Shown here piece after piece: positions 38,314-47,888 of a DNA stretch of 64,000 nucleotides; within the stretch, counting starts at the first letter, position 1, and every line of letters begins with the position of its first letter. Under the pieces are notes generated by a model, which saw nothing but the letters and a program-made list of their open reading frames with translations, did no database searches and was not told where the DNA came from. A program made the translations under genes and the position numbers. Source of the DNA: Candidatus Levyibacteriota bacterium. Lineage in GTDB: Bacteria; Patescibacteriota; Microgenomatia; Levybacterales; UBA12049. The stretch lies in NCBI GenBank assembly GCA_016182235.1, contig JACOXT010000003.1, positions 322,209 to 386,208 on the forward strand, given 5' to 3'.

Positions 38314-39813
38314 ATGAAAAGACTGTTTGTTTTTTGCGGATTGTTGATTATATTGACAATTGGTTCTTGGCTTAGATTAAGTGGAATTATAGATAATTCA
38401 TTTGCATTTACTTACGATGTCGGACGAGATATGCTTGCTCTTGAAGATATAGTAATTAATCATAAAATTACTCTTATCGGACAAACAACAGGGGTGGAAG
38501 GCATTTTTTATGGACCGTGGTGGTACTTCATACTGAGTATACCGTTTATTGTCTTTTCGGGTAACCCACAAGGGATCGCATTTTTCATGGGACTTATTGG
38601 AATTAGCTCTATCCTGCTAGGATATGTTATCGGAAAAAAGATAGGTGGAGTATTTCTAGGCGTAGTTTCTTCAGCTTTTATTAGCATTTCTCCCTTAATG
38701 ATTCTGTCTTCTACCCAAATATGGAATCCAAATTTAATACCCTTCTTTGTTTTACTTGTTTTCCTGATGATTTATAAACTCTTTTTCGATAACAAATCTA
38801 AAATTCCCAAAGCTATATATTTTGCACTTCTTGGGTTATTGTTAGGAATCGTCATAGATCTGGAGATAGTATTTGGACTCTTATTTTTTCTGGGCATTTC
38901 TATATCCTTAATTCTTATTTATAGAAAAAGTTTGAGAATTAAAGAGATGCTTTTTTTTGTCATGGGATTATTAATTATTTTTTCGCCACGAATTATCTTT
39001 GAAGTTAGGCATGATTTTTTAATGACCAAAACGCTTGGTGGCTTTCTTAGTGGCGGATTCATGTCTTCTAAGCAGTTTTCGATTTTTGATGCATTCTTCA
39101 GTAGTCTAAGTTCTTTATTCAATATGTGGAATGCTGTATTGGCGGGGCAAAGTAAAACAGTTGGTTTTATTTTAATAATATTCTCTTTTTTAATCGTGTT
39201 ATTGTTTCACAAAAAAATGGGGCTGATAGAGAAGCAATTAGTAAAGACTATTTTAATCATAATTGGAATTTTCTTAATAGGTCTTACTTTTTTTAATCAG
39301 GCTGTTTGGCCTCATTATCTTGTTGGTATACCAGTTTTTTATCTTCTTCTTTTTAGCTTAAGTATTAACGCTATAAGAATTGTTCTTAAAAGCTCCTGGA
39401 TTATTTACATTATATTGTTTGTTTTATTTTGGATCAATCTAAATCCTTTGCAAGTTTTAGGAAGCTTTAAGAATCCTTTATGGGAGGGAGATGCCGCAGT
39501 ATACCGCAATCAGCTGGCAGTAATTGATTATGTTTATAATCAGGCAGAAGGAAAAAATTTTAAATATATTGTTTATACACCAGCCGTACATGATTATACT
39601 TATCGCTATATGTTTTCTTGGTATGGAAAAAGGAAATACGGTTATGTCCCTGCCCAAAAAAGTCCGGAATTATTTTATGTGATATTGGAGCCCGACCATG
39701 ATTTGCCGTTTAGATTAAAAGATTGGTTAAAAGACAGGGAAAATGATGGAACAATACAAAAAGAAAAAATAGTAAAAGGAGGAATAATCGTTCAAACCAG
39801 GATAAGTAAATAA
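38314..39813 (+). CDS. Family D uncharacterised polytopic membrane protein
   Basis: FTYDVGRDMLALEDIVINHKITLIGQTTGVEGIFYGPWWYFILSIPFIVFSGNP, WNPNLIP, FEVRHDF. C-terminal WYGKRKYGYVP ... IIVQTR. Confidence 0.7.
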   Translation: MKRLFVFCGLLIILTIGSWLRLSGIIDNSFAFTYDVGRDMLALEDIVINHKITLIGQTTGVEGIFYGPWWYFILSIPFIVFSGNPQGIAFFMGLIGISSILLGYVIGKKIGGVFLGVVSSAFISISPLMILSSTQIWNPNLIPFFVLLVFLMIYKLFFDNKSKIPKAIYFALLGLLLGIVIDLEIVFGLLFFLGISISLILIYRKSLRIKEMLFFVMGLLIIFSPRIIFEVRHDFLMTKTLGGFLSGGFMSSKQFSIFDAFFSSLSSLFNMWNAVLAGQSKTVGFILIIFSFLIVLLFHKKMGLIEKQLVKTILIIIGIFLIGLTFFNQAVWPHYLVGIPVFYLLLFSLSINAIRIVLKSSWIIYIILFVLFWINLNPLQVLGSFKNPLWEGDAAVYRNQLAVIDYVYNQAEGKNFKYIVYTPAVHDYTYRYMFSWYGKRKYGYVPAQKSPELFYVILEPDHDLPFRLKDWLKDRENDGTIQKEKIVKGGIIVQTRISK

Positions 39814-39820
39814 CTAATAA

Positions 39821-41320
39821 ATGAAGAAAAGAATTAATCTTATTTTTTTTATCATTATTTTACTTTTGGGAATTGGACTAAGAGCGCAAGAGACTATATC
39901 CCACAACTTTTTATTTCTTCTAGATCAGGGAAGAGACATGACGGCAGTTAAGGGAATTATATATGATAATCACCTAACTCTCATTGGGCCTTCTACTAGT
40001 TTGCGTGGAGTATTTCAGGGGCCATTATGGTACTATCTTTTAGCGATCCCAACAATTATATTGGCTGGTAATCCATGGGGAACTGTAGTCTTGATGTTTA
40101 TGATAAGCGTTGGGGTTCTTATTGTCGCATACCTCTGGACAAAAAATATTTTTGGGGAAAAAGCGGCAATTTTTACTCTTTTTCTATTTGCTATATCTCC
40201 TGAGGCGGTTGCTGCCGCAACATATACATGGAATCCTCATCCCATGTGGCTTCTTGTAACTCTTTTTATGTTTTCTTTCTTCGAGTTGGTTGGTCGTGGG
40301 AAGAAAAAGTTTCATTTAGTAGTTTGGCCATTAGTTGGATTGATGTTTCATTTTCAAACAGCTCTTGCTGTCTTCATTCTAGTTGGAAGTTTGGTTTATC
40401 TTTTCTTTTTTAAAAGGAAAAGTATTATTCAAAAACAATTTATTTTTGGAATATTGATAAGTAGCATTTTTTTTATCCCTCAAATAGCGTTCGAGTTCAG
40501 ACACGACTTTTTAATGACTAAATCGGTTTTGAATATTTTTTTAGGGCAGGATCAGGGTCTTTTTGTTGGAGGAGAAAGTAGAAGTTATTTTGATTTAATT
40601 GGCAGAAATATATCGGTTTTTTATTATAATTTTGGAACGTCATTTGTTAGAGATGGCTATTTGAAAGATTCGCCAAAATTAGCACTAATGGCTATTGTTG
40701 TGTGTTTAGTATTCCGGAAAAAACTTTCCATATTTACTAAAAAAGAATGGGATTTTGTTTGTATAATATTAGGCTTAGTGAGTATAATTGCTATTCTTAG
40801 TTTTATATATCCGTTCCCGCTTCGTTATTGGTTTTTAACAGGAGTTCAATCTTTTTATTTAATCCCTTTCGGAGTGTTATTGGGTAAGCTTTGGAATGCT
40901 AGAATTGGTAAAATTGCTATAATTTCTCTTTTTGTTATTTTTACTTTTTATTCTTTACAAAAGATTAACTCTTTATATTTTCATCCTCCAAATGATGGCG
41001 GAAAAGAAAAGATAAAAGGTAAATTAAGCGCAATTGATTATGTTTATAGCGATGCTAAAGGAAAGGATTTTGGTCTTTTAATTTTTACACCTGCAGTTTA
41101 TACAGACGCCTATGATTATCTGATATGGTGGCATGGAAAGAGAAAATATAACTATATTCCTTATTTAGCTAAGAAAGGAACATTTTATTTATTAATGGAG
41201 AAAGATACGTCAAAGCCCTGGAGCTATAAAGGATGGCTTGAAACAGTAATAAAGACAGGTAACGTCTTGAAAGAAACGACTTTACCAGTTGGACTTATTA
41301 TTCAGAAGAGATCAATATAG
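39821..41320 (+). CDS. Family D uncharacterised polytopic membrane protein
   Basis: FLLDQGRDMTAVKGIIYDNHLTLIGPSTSLRGVFQGPLWYYLLAIPTIILAGNP, WNPHPMW, FEFRHDF. C-terminal WHGKRKYNYIP ... EKDTSKPWSYKGWLETVIK ... IIQKR. Confidence 0.7.
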   Translation: MKKRINLIFFIIILLLGIGLRAQETISHNFLFLLDQGRDMTAVKGIIYDNHLTLIGPSTSLRGVFQGPLWYYLLAIPTIILAGNPWGTVVLMFMISVGVLIVAYLWTKNIFGEKAAIFTLFLFAISPEAVAAATYTWNPHPMWLLVTLFMFSFFELVGRGKKKFHLVVWPLVGLMFHFQTALAVFILVGSLVYLFFFKRKSIIQKQFIFGILISSIFFIPQIAFEFRHDFLMTKSVLNIFLGQDQGLFVGGESRSYFDLIGRNISVFYYNFGTSFVRDGYLKDSPKLALMAIVVCLVFRKKLSIFTKKEWDFVCIILGLVSIIAILSFIYPFPLRYWFLTGVQSFYLIPFGVLLGKLWNARIGKIAIISLFVIFTFYSLQKINSLYFHPPNDGGKEKIKGKLSAIDYVYSDAKGKDFGLLIFTPAVYTDAYDYLIWWHGKRKYNYIPYLAKKGTFYLLMEKDTSKPWSYKGWLETVIKTGNVLKETTLPVGLIIQKRSI

Positions 41321-41331
41321 GAAATACACAT

Positions 41332-42984
41332 ATGCTTTATAAGAAATATTTATTTCTTTGGCTAATTATTCTTATCTCGTTTATTACCATAACTGATCTA
41401 TTTAGACCAGGCTTGCCTGTGACTCACGACGGCCAAGACCACGTCGCAAGAATAGCAAATTTTTATCAAAATCTAACTGAGGGAAATATTATTCCTAGAT
41501 GGGCAGGAAACCTTAACTGGGGATACGGGCATCCGATATTGGAATTTTTGTATCCTCTCCCATCATATTTTGCTTCAATATTCCATTTTCTAGGATTTAC
41601 TTTAGTTGATAGCTTAAAACTAGTTTTTGGCGTTTCTTTTGTTTTAAGCGGAGTAACAATGTATGTCTTTATTAGGGAATTGTTAAGGGATGAAAAAGCC
41701 GCCTTCTTGGCAGGCTTACTTTACGTAATTGCTCCGTACAGATTTGTTGATCTATATGTGCGCGGAGCCATCGGCGAGCATGTTGCATTTATCTTTCCGC
41801 CCCTCATATTTTACTTTCTTCTTAAACTAAGTAAGCGTTATTCTTGGTGGTACCTAATGGGAGGTGCGATTTCGTTTGCTGGACTTAACCTTGCTCATAA
41901 TGCAATCAGCCTCATGTTTATACTCCTATTTGGCTTGTTCGCATTGTTTTTACTTTTGCAATCAAAAAAGAAAATACAGCTCGGCAGTCAATATCTTGCG
42001 ACTATTCTTCTTGGTTTTGGATTATCGGCTTTTTTCTGGCTGCCTGCATTTATCGAAGGAAAATACACATTGCGTGATATTGTTACAGGGGGAGGAGAAT
42101 ATGCCAGAAGTTTTGTGGCCTGGAAAGACTTCTTCTTCGGTCAGTGGAGTTATGGGGGAACTTTGACTCTTAGTAAGCAAATAGGCATTGTACATTGGAT
42201 CGGTACATTTAGTAGTGTTATTGCCATATATTATCTATATAGAAATAAAAATAAACTTTGGATTTTGGGTTTGGGCAGTTTTCTCATCTTCTGGATAGCG
42301 CTGTTTTTGATGACGTCTGCTTCCGCTCCAATTTGGCAATCGGTCACTGTATTACAAAAGTTCCAATTCCCGTGGAGATTTCTCTCTCTCACAGTATTTG
42401 TGAGCGCTTTATTAGGTGCAATCGCATCATACGCGCTCCCAGATAAATATAAGAAAATTCTCTTATTAATATTTGTTTTGAGTTTGCTGTTGGCGAATAA
42501 AGATTATTGGCACGCAAATGGATACCTACATAAACCAGAAAGTTTTTATAATGTAATTTATGATAGCACTACTGACACGGGAGAAAGCTCGCCAATTTGG
42601 TCTATAAGATTCATGGAAAAAAGACCAAAAGCCCATATAGAGGTGATTAGCGGAGAAGCCGTTATTAAGGAGTTGAATAGAGAATCAACGCTTCATGCTT
42701 ATGAGATTGATGCGGCCGAGAAATCAAGGATAGTAGAAAATACTCTTTACTTTCCTGGGTGGAATGTTTTTCTAGAAGGTAAGGAGACAAAGATAGAATT
42801 TCAAGACCCTCAAAATAGGGGACTTATAACTTTTTTCTTAGAAAAAGGCAAGCACGAGGTTGTTATTAGGTTTAAGGAAACAAAAGTGAGATTATTGGCT
42901 AATATTTTGAGCATAATTAGTTTGTTCCTAATAATAATTTTAAGTATACTTAACAAAAGCAGCATATGGCGACGATTTCGGTAG
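41332..42984 (+). CDS. Family B polytopic membrane protein (PTPS-related/YfhO-like putative GT-C)
   Basis: VTHDGQDHVARIANF ... IPRWAGNLNWGYGHPILEFLYPLPSYF, FVDLYVRGAIGE, AHNAIS, FFWLPAFIEG, FQFPWRF. C-terminal YFPGWNVFLEGKETKIEF module. Confidence 0.75.
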   Translation: MLYKKYLFLWLIILISFITITDLFRPGLPVTHDGQDHVARIANFYQNLTEGNIIPRWAGNLNWGYGHPILEFLYPLPSYFASIFHFLGFTLVDSLKLVFGVSFVLSGVTMYVFIRELLRDEKAAFLAGLLYVIAPYRFVDLYVRGAIGEHVAFIFPPLIFYFLLKLSKRYSWWYLMGGAISFAGLNLAHNAISLMFILLFGLFALFLLLQSKKKIQLGSQYLATILLGFGLSAFFWLPAFIEGKYTLRDIVTGGGEYARSFVAWKDFFFGQWSYGGTLTLSKQIGIVHWIGTFSSVIAIYYLYRNKNKLWILGLGSFLIFWIALFLMTSASAPIWQSVTVLQKFQFPWRFLSLTVFVSALLGAIASYALPDKYKKILLLIFVLSLLLANKDYWHANGYLHKPESFYNVIYDSTTDTGESSPIWSIRFMEKRPKAHIEVISGEAVIKELNRESTLHAYEIDAAEKSRIVENTLYFPGWNVFLEGKETKIEFQDPQNRGLITFFLEKGKHEVVIRFKETKVRLLANILSIISLFLIIILSILNKSSIWRRFR

Positions 42985-43742
42985 TATTGGCAACGTATAA
43001 CGAAGAAGAAAACTTGCCCTCGTGTTTGGATTCTGTTAAAGATTTGGCGAAGGAAATTATCATTGTGGACGGAGGGTCTAAGGATAAAACTGTTGAGATT
43101 GCAAAGAAATATGGTGCAAGAGTAAAGCTAACTGATAACCCCGCAATTTTTCATATCAATAAGCAAAAGGGAATTGATATGGCGACGAAAGACTGGGTTT
43201 TGCAACTGGACGCAGACGAAATAGTTACCCCATCACTTCGTGATGAAATTAAAGATAAAATATTAAATATCAAATATAAGGATATAAACGGGTATTGGAT
43301 TCCTAGGAAAAATTGGTTTTTGGGAAGATTTCTGATGAAGGGGGGGCAATACCCTGACTACACATTGCGCTTGTATCGTCGTGGTAAGGGACGCCTTCCT
43401 CAGAAAACTGTTCATGAGCAAGCAAAAGTCATAGGCGAAGTAGGTTATCTCACAAGTCCGCTTCTTCACTATCCTTATAAGAATTTTTATTCGTATTTAT
43501 TGAAATGGGGAAGATACACAGACCTGTTAGCAAGTCAAATAGAAGAGATGCTCAGGAGTAAGTCAATTGTTGCAAAAATTCTTTATGGCTTCGGTTACTC
43601 TTTAATAAAACCGATTCATTGGTTTTTGATCACTTATATAAGACATAAAGGATTTCTGGATCTCTGGCCGGGTTTTGTGTTTTCATTTTTTTCCGCATTA
43701 AGATTTCCTGTATCTTATCTTAAATTTATTAAAATTTTGTGA
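42966..43742 (+). CDS. GT2 glycosyltransferase (WaaE/KdtX-like subgroup)
   Basis: SVVLATYNEEENLPSCLDSVKDLAKEIIIVDGGSKDKTVEIAKKYGARV ... QLDADEIV. 19-nt overlap with the upstream family B gene. Confidence 0.85.
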   Translation: MATISVVLATYNEEENLPSCLDSVKDLAKEIIIVDGGSKDKTVEIAKKYGARVKLTDNPAIFHINKQKGIDMATKDWVLQLDADEIVTPSLRDEIKDKILNIKYKDINGYWIPRKNWFLGRFLMKGGQYPDYTLRLYRRGKGRLPQKTVHEQAKVIGEVGYLTSPLLHYPYKNFYSYLLKWGRYTDLLASQIEEMLRSKSIVAKILYGFGYSLIKPIHWFLITYIRHKGFLDLWPGFVFSFFSALRFPVSYLKFIKIL

Positions 43743-45244
43743 TAAATTATTTAAAAAAACAAAAACTACAGTTTTATGTTTTCCTAGGAATACTTTTATT
43801 GGGAATAGTTTTGAGATTTTATAATTATCCTTATAGATACTCTTTGGGTGAGGAGACCATTCGGGATGCAGTTATCGGGATAGAAGGAGCAAGGCAAATA
43901 CAATTTCCTCTTACAGGTTCTTTTTCATCTTTGGGTCCTTTTACGTTTGGTCCCTGGTATGCATACCAGCTTATTTTTTTTTATTTAATCTTTCCATTTA
44001 TATATTCGCCGTGGATTTATCTAAGTATTATTTCGATTATTTACATCTTTATAATGTACAAAATAGGAAGGCTTTTGGTAGGAGAATGGTTTGGTATAAT
44101 TTTGGCTTTACTTTCCGCGATCTCACCCACACAGATAATATCAGCAACACACTTAACAAGTCATAATAATACTAACTTATTTGCTGCATTAGCAGTTTGG
44201 ATTTTCTTAGTACTCATATCCGAAAACAAATCACGCTGGTGGGGCTTATTGTTGGGTTTTGTTATAGGAATTGGCATGAACCTGCATTTTCAGATGGGAG
44301 GGCTTTTGATACTTCCTCTGATTGCCCTTGCTTATAAAAGGAAATTATTAAACTTTTTATACAGTAGTTTGGGTGTAATTATTAGTTTTATTCCGATGTT
44401 AATTTTTGAAATGAACAATCATTGGTTTACAACTAGAAATATTTTCTTTTACTTAACAGAAGGTAAGAATGCTATTTACGTTCCGAATCGTTGGCTTTTT
44501 TATGTTCGGGATTTCTGGCCTTCTTTTTGGGCAGACGCATTAGGGATTCCTGTGTGGTTTGCAATTATAGTAATAACTATTTTTATATTAACCTTAGGGC
44601 GATTATATTATAAAAAGAAAATTCCGCTAGCTCTGACTTTGTTGGTCCTTGCTTTTCTTTTTAATTTCGTAATTCTTCGATACTATTGGGGACCGCGATT
44701 TTTTGGATATTTGAATTTCTTGAGACCTTTTGTATTTATCTTTACAGCTTTTGCGATTTATAACTTAAGATATAAACGATTGCTTATTGGATTAATTATA
44801 TTACCTTTTATTGTATATTTTTCATTTCCAAGAGTTGCTGATGAGCTAGGCAAAGATGGATTTACCATGCGAATATACAATGGGGTTGAGGAATTGGAGA
44901 AAAAATATCCAAACAAAGAATTTACTTTGCATACATGTTCAAAAGAATATAAGTCAAGTTATAACTCAGTTATTTTTTCAACTCTCTTCATTCTTGAATA
45001 TAAAAATAAATATAGCGATAAGGGTTTAAGGATCGGTATCAATAATGACTGTGAGTATCCCAAGCCAGATAATTTCAGCAATAACACAAAGGAAATTGAG
45101 AGTTACCCAATATTGAGTAGTCTTGGTATAGTTGATTTTTCGTTAGTTTCAGAATCTGCTATAGTTAAAGCAGGCTGGGAACCCATCTCACTTTCCTATC
45201 TTTACGATAGATATGCGAGGTGGTGGTTTAAAGAACAGCCCTAA
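43739..45244 (+). CDS. Family D-related polytopic membrane protein (most divergent member)
   Basis: GTG start in a GTGA overlap. GEETIRDAVIGIEGARQIQFPLTGSFSSLGPFTFGPWYAYQL, MLIFEMNNHWF. Soluble C-terminal domain differs from the other members. Confidence 0.6.
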   Translation: MINYLKKQKLQFYVFLGILLLGIVLRFYNYPYRYSLGEETIRDAVIGIEGARQIQFPLTGSFSSLGPFTFGPWYAYQLIFFYLIFPFIYSPWIYLSIISIIYIFIMYKIGRLLVGEWFGIILALLSAISPTQIISATHLTSHNNTNLFAALAVWIFLVLISENKSRWWGLLLGFVIGIGMNLHFQMGGLLILPLIALAYKRKLLNFLYSSLGVIISFIPMLIFEMNNHWFTTRNIFFYLTEGKNAIYVPNRWLFYVRDFWPSFWADALGIPVWFAIIVITIFILTLGRLYYKKKIPLALTLLVLAFLFNFVILRYYWGPRFFGYLNFLRPFVFIFTAFAIYNLRYKRLLIGLIILPFIVYFSFPRVADELGKDGFTMRIYNGVEELEKKYPNKEFTLHTCSKEYKSSYNSVIFSTLFILEYKNKYSDKGLRIGINNDCEYPKPDNFSNNTKEIESYPILSSLGIVDFSLVSESAIVKAGWEPISLSYLYDRYARWWFKEQP

Positions 45245-45251
45245 AATTAAT

Positions 45252-46238
45252 ATGAAAATTTTAGTTACCGGAGGAGCCGGATATATAGGAAGTTTTATGG
45301 TAAAAAGGCTTTTGGAAAGAGGGGATGAAGTTGTTATCTTGGATAGTTTAGAAAGAGGAAGAGAAGACGCGATTGATAAAAGAGCTAAATTTGCAAAAGC
45401 TGATATTTGGAATTGGAATGAGGTCGAATCTTTATTTGACAATGAAAAATTTGATTCTATTGTTCATTTTGCAGGATACATTTCAATGGAAGAATCAACA
45501 AAAGATCCTGGAATTTATTTCTACAAAAACTCAGGCGGAAGTCTTGAGATTCTAGAGCATGCCAGGAGACACAACGTATCTAAGTTTGTTTTTTCCTCAA
45601 CAGCCGGAGTATATGGAAGCCCAATAGAAATTCCTATACCTGAAAATCATCCAACAACACCCACTAACCCATATGGAGAGTCAAAACTAATGGTTGAAAG
45701 AATGCTTTCGTGGTATCAAAAGATTTATGGTCTGAATTTTGTTTCTCTTCGTTATTTTAACGCAGCTGGAGCATCGTTAGATGGAAATCTTGGAGAAAGA
45801 CACCAACCAGAAACGCATATAGTACCTCTTGCTATAAAAGCTGCAATAGGACAAAAAGAATTTAAGTTGTATGGGATAGATTACCCTACTAAAGATGGAA
45901 CATGTATCAGAGACTATATTCACGTTTTGGATCTGATTGAAGCACATGTTCTTGCTTTTGAGAAATTAGATAAAGAAAAAGGTGGATTTTTTTATAACGT
46001 TGGTACGGGAAAGGGGTATTCTAATAAAGAAGTTATAGCAATGATTGAGAAATTCAGTGGCTCTATAGTCAAAATAAAGACAGAGGGGAGAAGACAAGGA
46101 GACGCAGAAATTTTGATAGCGGATCCATCTAAAATAAAAAAAGAGTTAGGTTTTCAACCTAGATACTCAGATCTTGAAACAATTGTTAAGACAGCTTGGG
46201 AGTGGCACAAAAATTTAAAAATGAAAGATGAAAAATGA
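45252..46238 (+). CDS. galE: UDP-glucose 4-epimerase
   Basis: MKILVTGGAGYIGS ... STAGVYG ... YGESK ... LRYFNAAGA ... DYPTKDGTCIRDYIHVLDL. ATG 45252 is preferred to the upstream in-frame codon at 45213, which lies inside the previous gene. Confidence 0.9.
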   Translation: MKILVTGGAGYIGSFMVKRLLERGDEVVILDSLERGREDAIDKRAKFAKADIWNWNEVESLFDNEKFDSIVHFAGYISMEESTKDPGIYFYKNSGGSLEILEHARRHNVSKFVFSSTAGVYGSPIEIPIPENHPTTPTNPYGESKLMVERMLSWYQKIYGLNFVSLRYFNAAGASLDGNLGERHQPETHIVPLAIKAAIGQKEFKLYGIDYPTKDGTCIRDYIHVLDLIEAHVLAFEKLDKEKGGFFYNVGTGKGYSNKEVIAMIEKFSGSIVKIKTEGRRQGDAEILIADPSKIKKELGFQPRYSDLETIVKTAWEWHKNLKMKDEK

Positions 46239-46758
46239 AAAAATTTTCACAGGATTTATTATTTTGTTTTTTTTGTTAATCTTCGCAAAATCTCTTTTTG
46301 CAGCACCAGATTATGTACTTCCATATCCAGATGTGATGCCAGGAAGTAAGTTTTATAATATAAAATTAATATGGGAAAAGCTATCTAAATATTGGTATTT
46401 TGGGGACTTTGGGGGATTTAAATACAATTTAAAAATGTCAGATAAGTATATAATTGAAGCAAAGACACTTTTTGAGTATAAGCAATATCTATTGGGACTT
46501 GAGTCCCTTAAAAAATCTGACAAATTCTTTAAAGAAATTCCTGGTTATCTAGAACAGGAAAAAAACGAAAATAAGGATATCTCTCAAAATATAAGAATGT
46601 TGAGGGGGGCATCTTTAAAACATATAGAAGTTTTAGAGAAGCTAAAAAAAGATTCACCGGAATTTTTCCTTTGGCAACCTGAAAATTCTTCCCAAACAGA
46701 ACTTTATTTAAATAATGCGTTTATGGATTCTATAAATATTAGGAAGGGTAGCTTATGA
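46228..46758 (+). CDS. Secreted/anchored hypothetical protein (resembles the DUF5667-type N-terminus common in CPR)
   Basis: N-terminal signal/anchor FTGFIILFFLLIFAKSLFA, then APDYVLPYPDVMPGSKFYNIKLIWEKL, then helical repeats. Confidence 0.55.
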   Translation: MKNEKIFTGFIILFFLLIFAKSLFAAPDYVLPYPDVMPGSKFYNIKLIWEKLSKYWYFGDFGGFKYNLKMSDKYIIEAKTLFEYKQYLLGLESLKKSDKFFKEIPGYLEQEKNENKDISQNIRMLRGASLKHIEVLEKLKKDSPEFFLWQPENSSQTELYLNNAFMDSINIRKGSL

Positions 46759-47888
46759 AAAGCTTCTTATTTATAGCTTATATAATTTTTTTATTTCTGT
46801 TTTTAATTTTTTCCTATCTTTTTATTGATCCAAATCTAGCATTTCTTAATAATTTATATACGGGTTTTGCTTATAATAATCGGATTTATGCAAGTTTTCT
46901 TTATATAGTCTTTATTTTAGTATTTTTTATATTTTATGGAATTTTTTATAAACTTATTCAAATAAAAAAAACACCTATTAAGGATATCTCGTTATCAATA
47001 GTAGCTTCCTTAGCAATTTTAATTTTCTCTTATCCAGTTTTTTTGTCATATGATATTTTTAATTATATCACCACCGCAAAAGTTTTATTTTTCTATCACG
47101 AGAATCCGTATATTGTTATGCCGATTGAATTTTTAGGTGACCCAAATCTTTCCTTTACTCATGCTGCAAATAAAATAGCACTTTATGGTCCGGTCTGGAT
47201 CCTATTAACGGGAATTCCTTACATTATAACCTTTTACAGTTTTATCTTTACGCTTTTTAGTTTCAAATTATTCATTAGCTTATTTTATATTCTATCTATC
47301 TTTCTTATTTTTAGAATAACTAAGAATTTATTTTCAGTTTTTTTATTCTCACTTAATCCCTTAGTTGTCGTAGAGATTCTAGTAGGCGGTCATAATGATA
47401 TCGTGATGATGGCATTTGTGTTACTGGCATTCAATTATGCTATTAACAAAAAGATAATTATTTCAGTTTTGTTTTTTGTTCTTTCCGTATTGATAAAATA
47501 CGCAACGATATTCCTATTGCCAGTCTTTGTATATCTTGTTTATGCGTCAATAAAAAGAAAAAAGGTTAATTGGGGAAAAATTTTTTATTGGTCGTGGGTT
47601 TTGATGTTTTCGGTTTTTTTATTTTCTTTTTTGAGGGAAGAAATTTATCCATGGTATGCTGTGTGGTTTTTAGTTTTTACCTGTTTAATACCAAATAGGA
47701 GAATATTTTTGTATATTTCCTTAGCTTTTTCTTTCGGATTACTCTTCAGATATGTTCCCTTTATGATCTCTGGAACACATGCAGGCTTAACGCCCATAAT
47801 TAAATCTGTTGTCACATTTATTCCTCCAAGTTTAGTGTTGGCTTATTTTCTGGTAAAAAAGTTATGGGGAAAACTTTATTATCAATAA
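46755..47888 (+). CDS. GT87/DUF2029-like polytopic membrane protein (putative polyprenyl-phosphate-dependent glycosyltransferase)
   Basis: SYDIFNYITTAKVLFFYHENPYIVMP ... ALYGPVWILL ... GGHNDIVMMAFVLLAF. About 10 hydrophobic segments. ATGA overlap with the upstream gene. Confidence 0.55.
   Translation: MKSFLFIAYIIFLFLFLIFSYLFIDPNLAFLNNLYTGFAYNNRIYASFLYIVFILVFFIFYGIFYKLIQIKKTPIKDISLSIVASLAILIFSYPVFLSYDIFNYITTAKVLFFYHENPYIVMPIEFLGDPNLSFTHAANKIALYGPVWILLTGIPYIITFYSFIFTLFSFKLFISLFYILSIFLIFRITKNLFSVFLFSLNPLVVVEILVGGHNDIVMMAFVLLAFNYAINKKIIISVLFFVLSVLIKYATIFLLPVFVYLVYASIKRKKVNWGKIFYWSWVLMFSVFLFSFLREEIYPWYAVWFLVFTCLIPNRRIFLYISLAFSFGLLFRYVPFMISGTHAGLTPIIKSVVTFIPPSLVLAYFLVKKLWGKLYYQ

Noticed and set aside
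38169-41254. The identical 19-aa segment in two family D genes, considered as evidence of recent gene conversion or duplication.
   Set aside because: Codon-by-codon comparison shows 9 synonymous differences in 57 nt, so the DNA is not recently homogenised. The identity is better explained by purifying selection (reported as a finding instead).
45213-45251. ORF-track start at 45213 for GalE (likewise 50555 for the RmlC-like gene, 5235 for the hypothetical gene, 55727 for DegT, and 55657 for the minus-strand GT4).
   Set aside because: These extensions begin at non-ATG codons or lie inside the preceding gene, and they add residues not found in the family N-termini. The downstream ATGs (45252, 50606, 5277, 55733, 55648) give canonical N-termini such as MKILVTGGAGYIGS.
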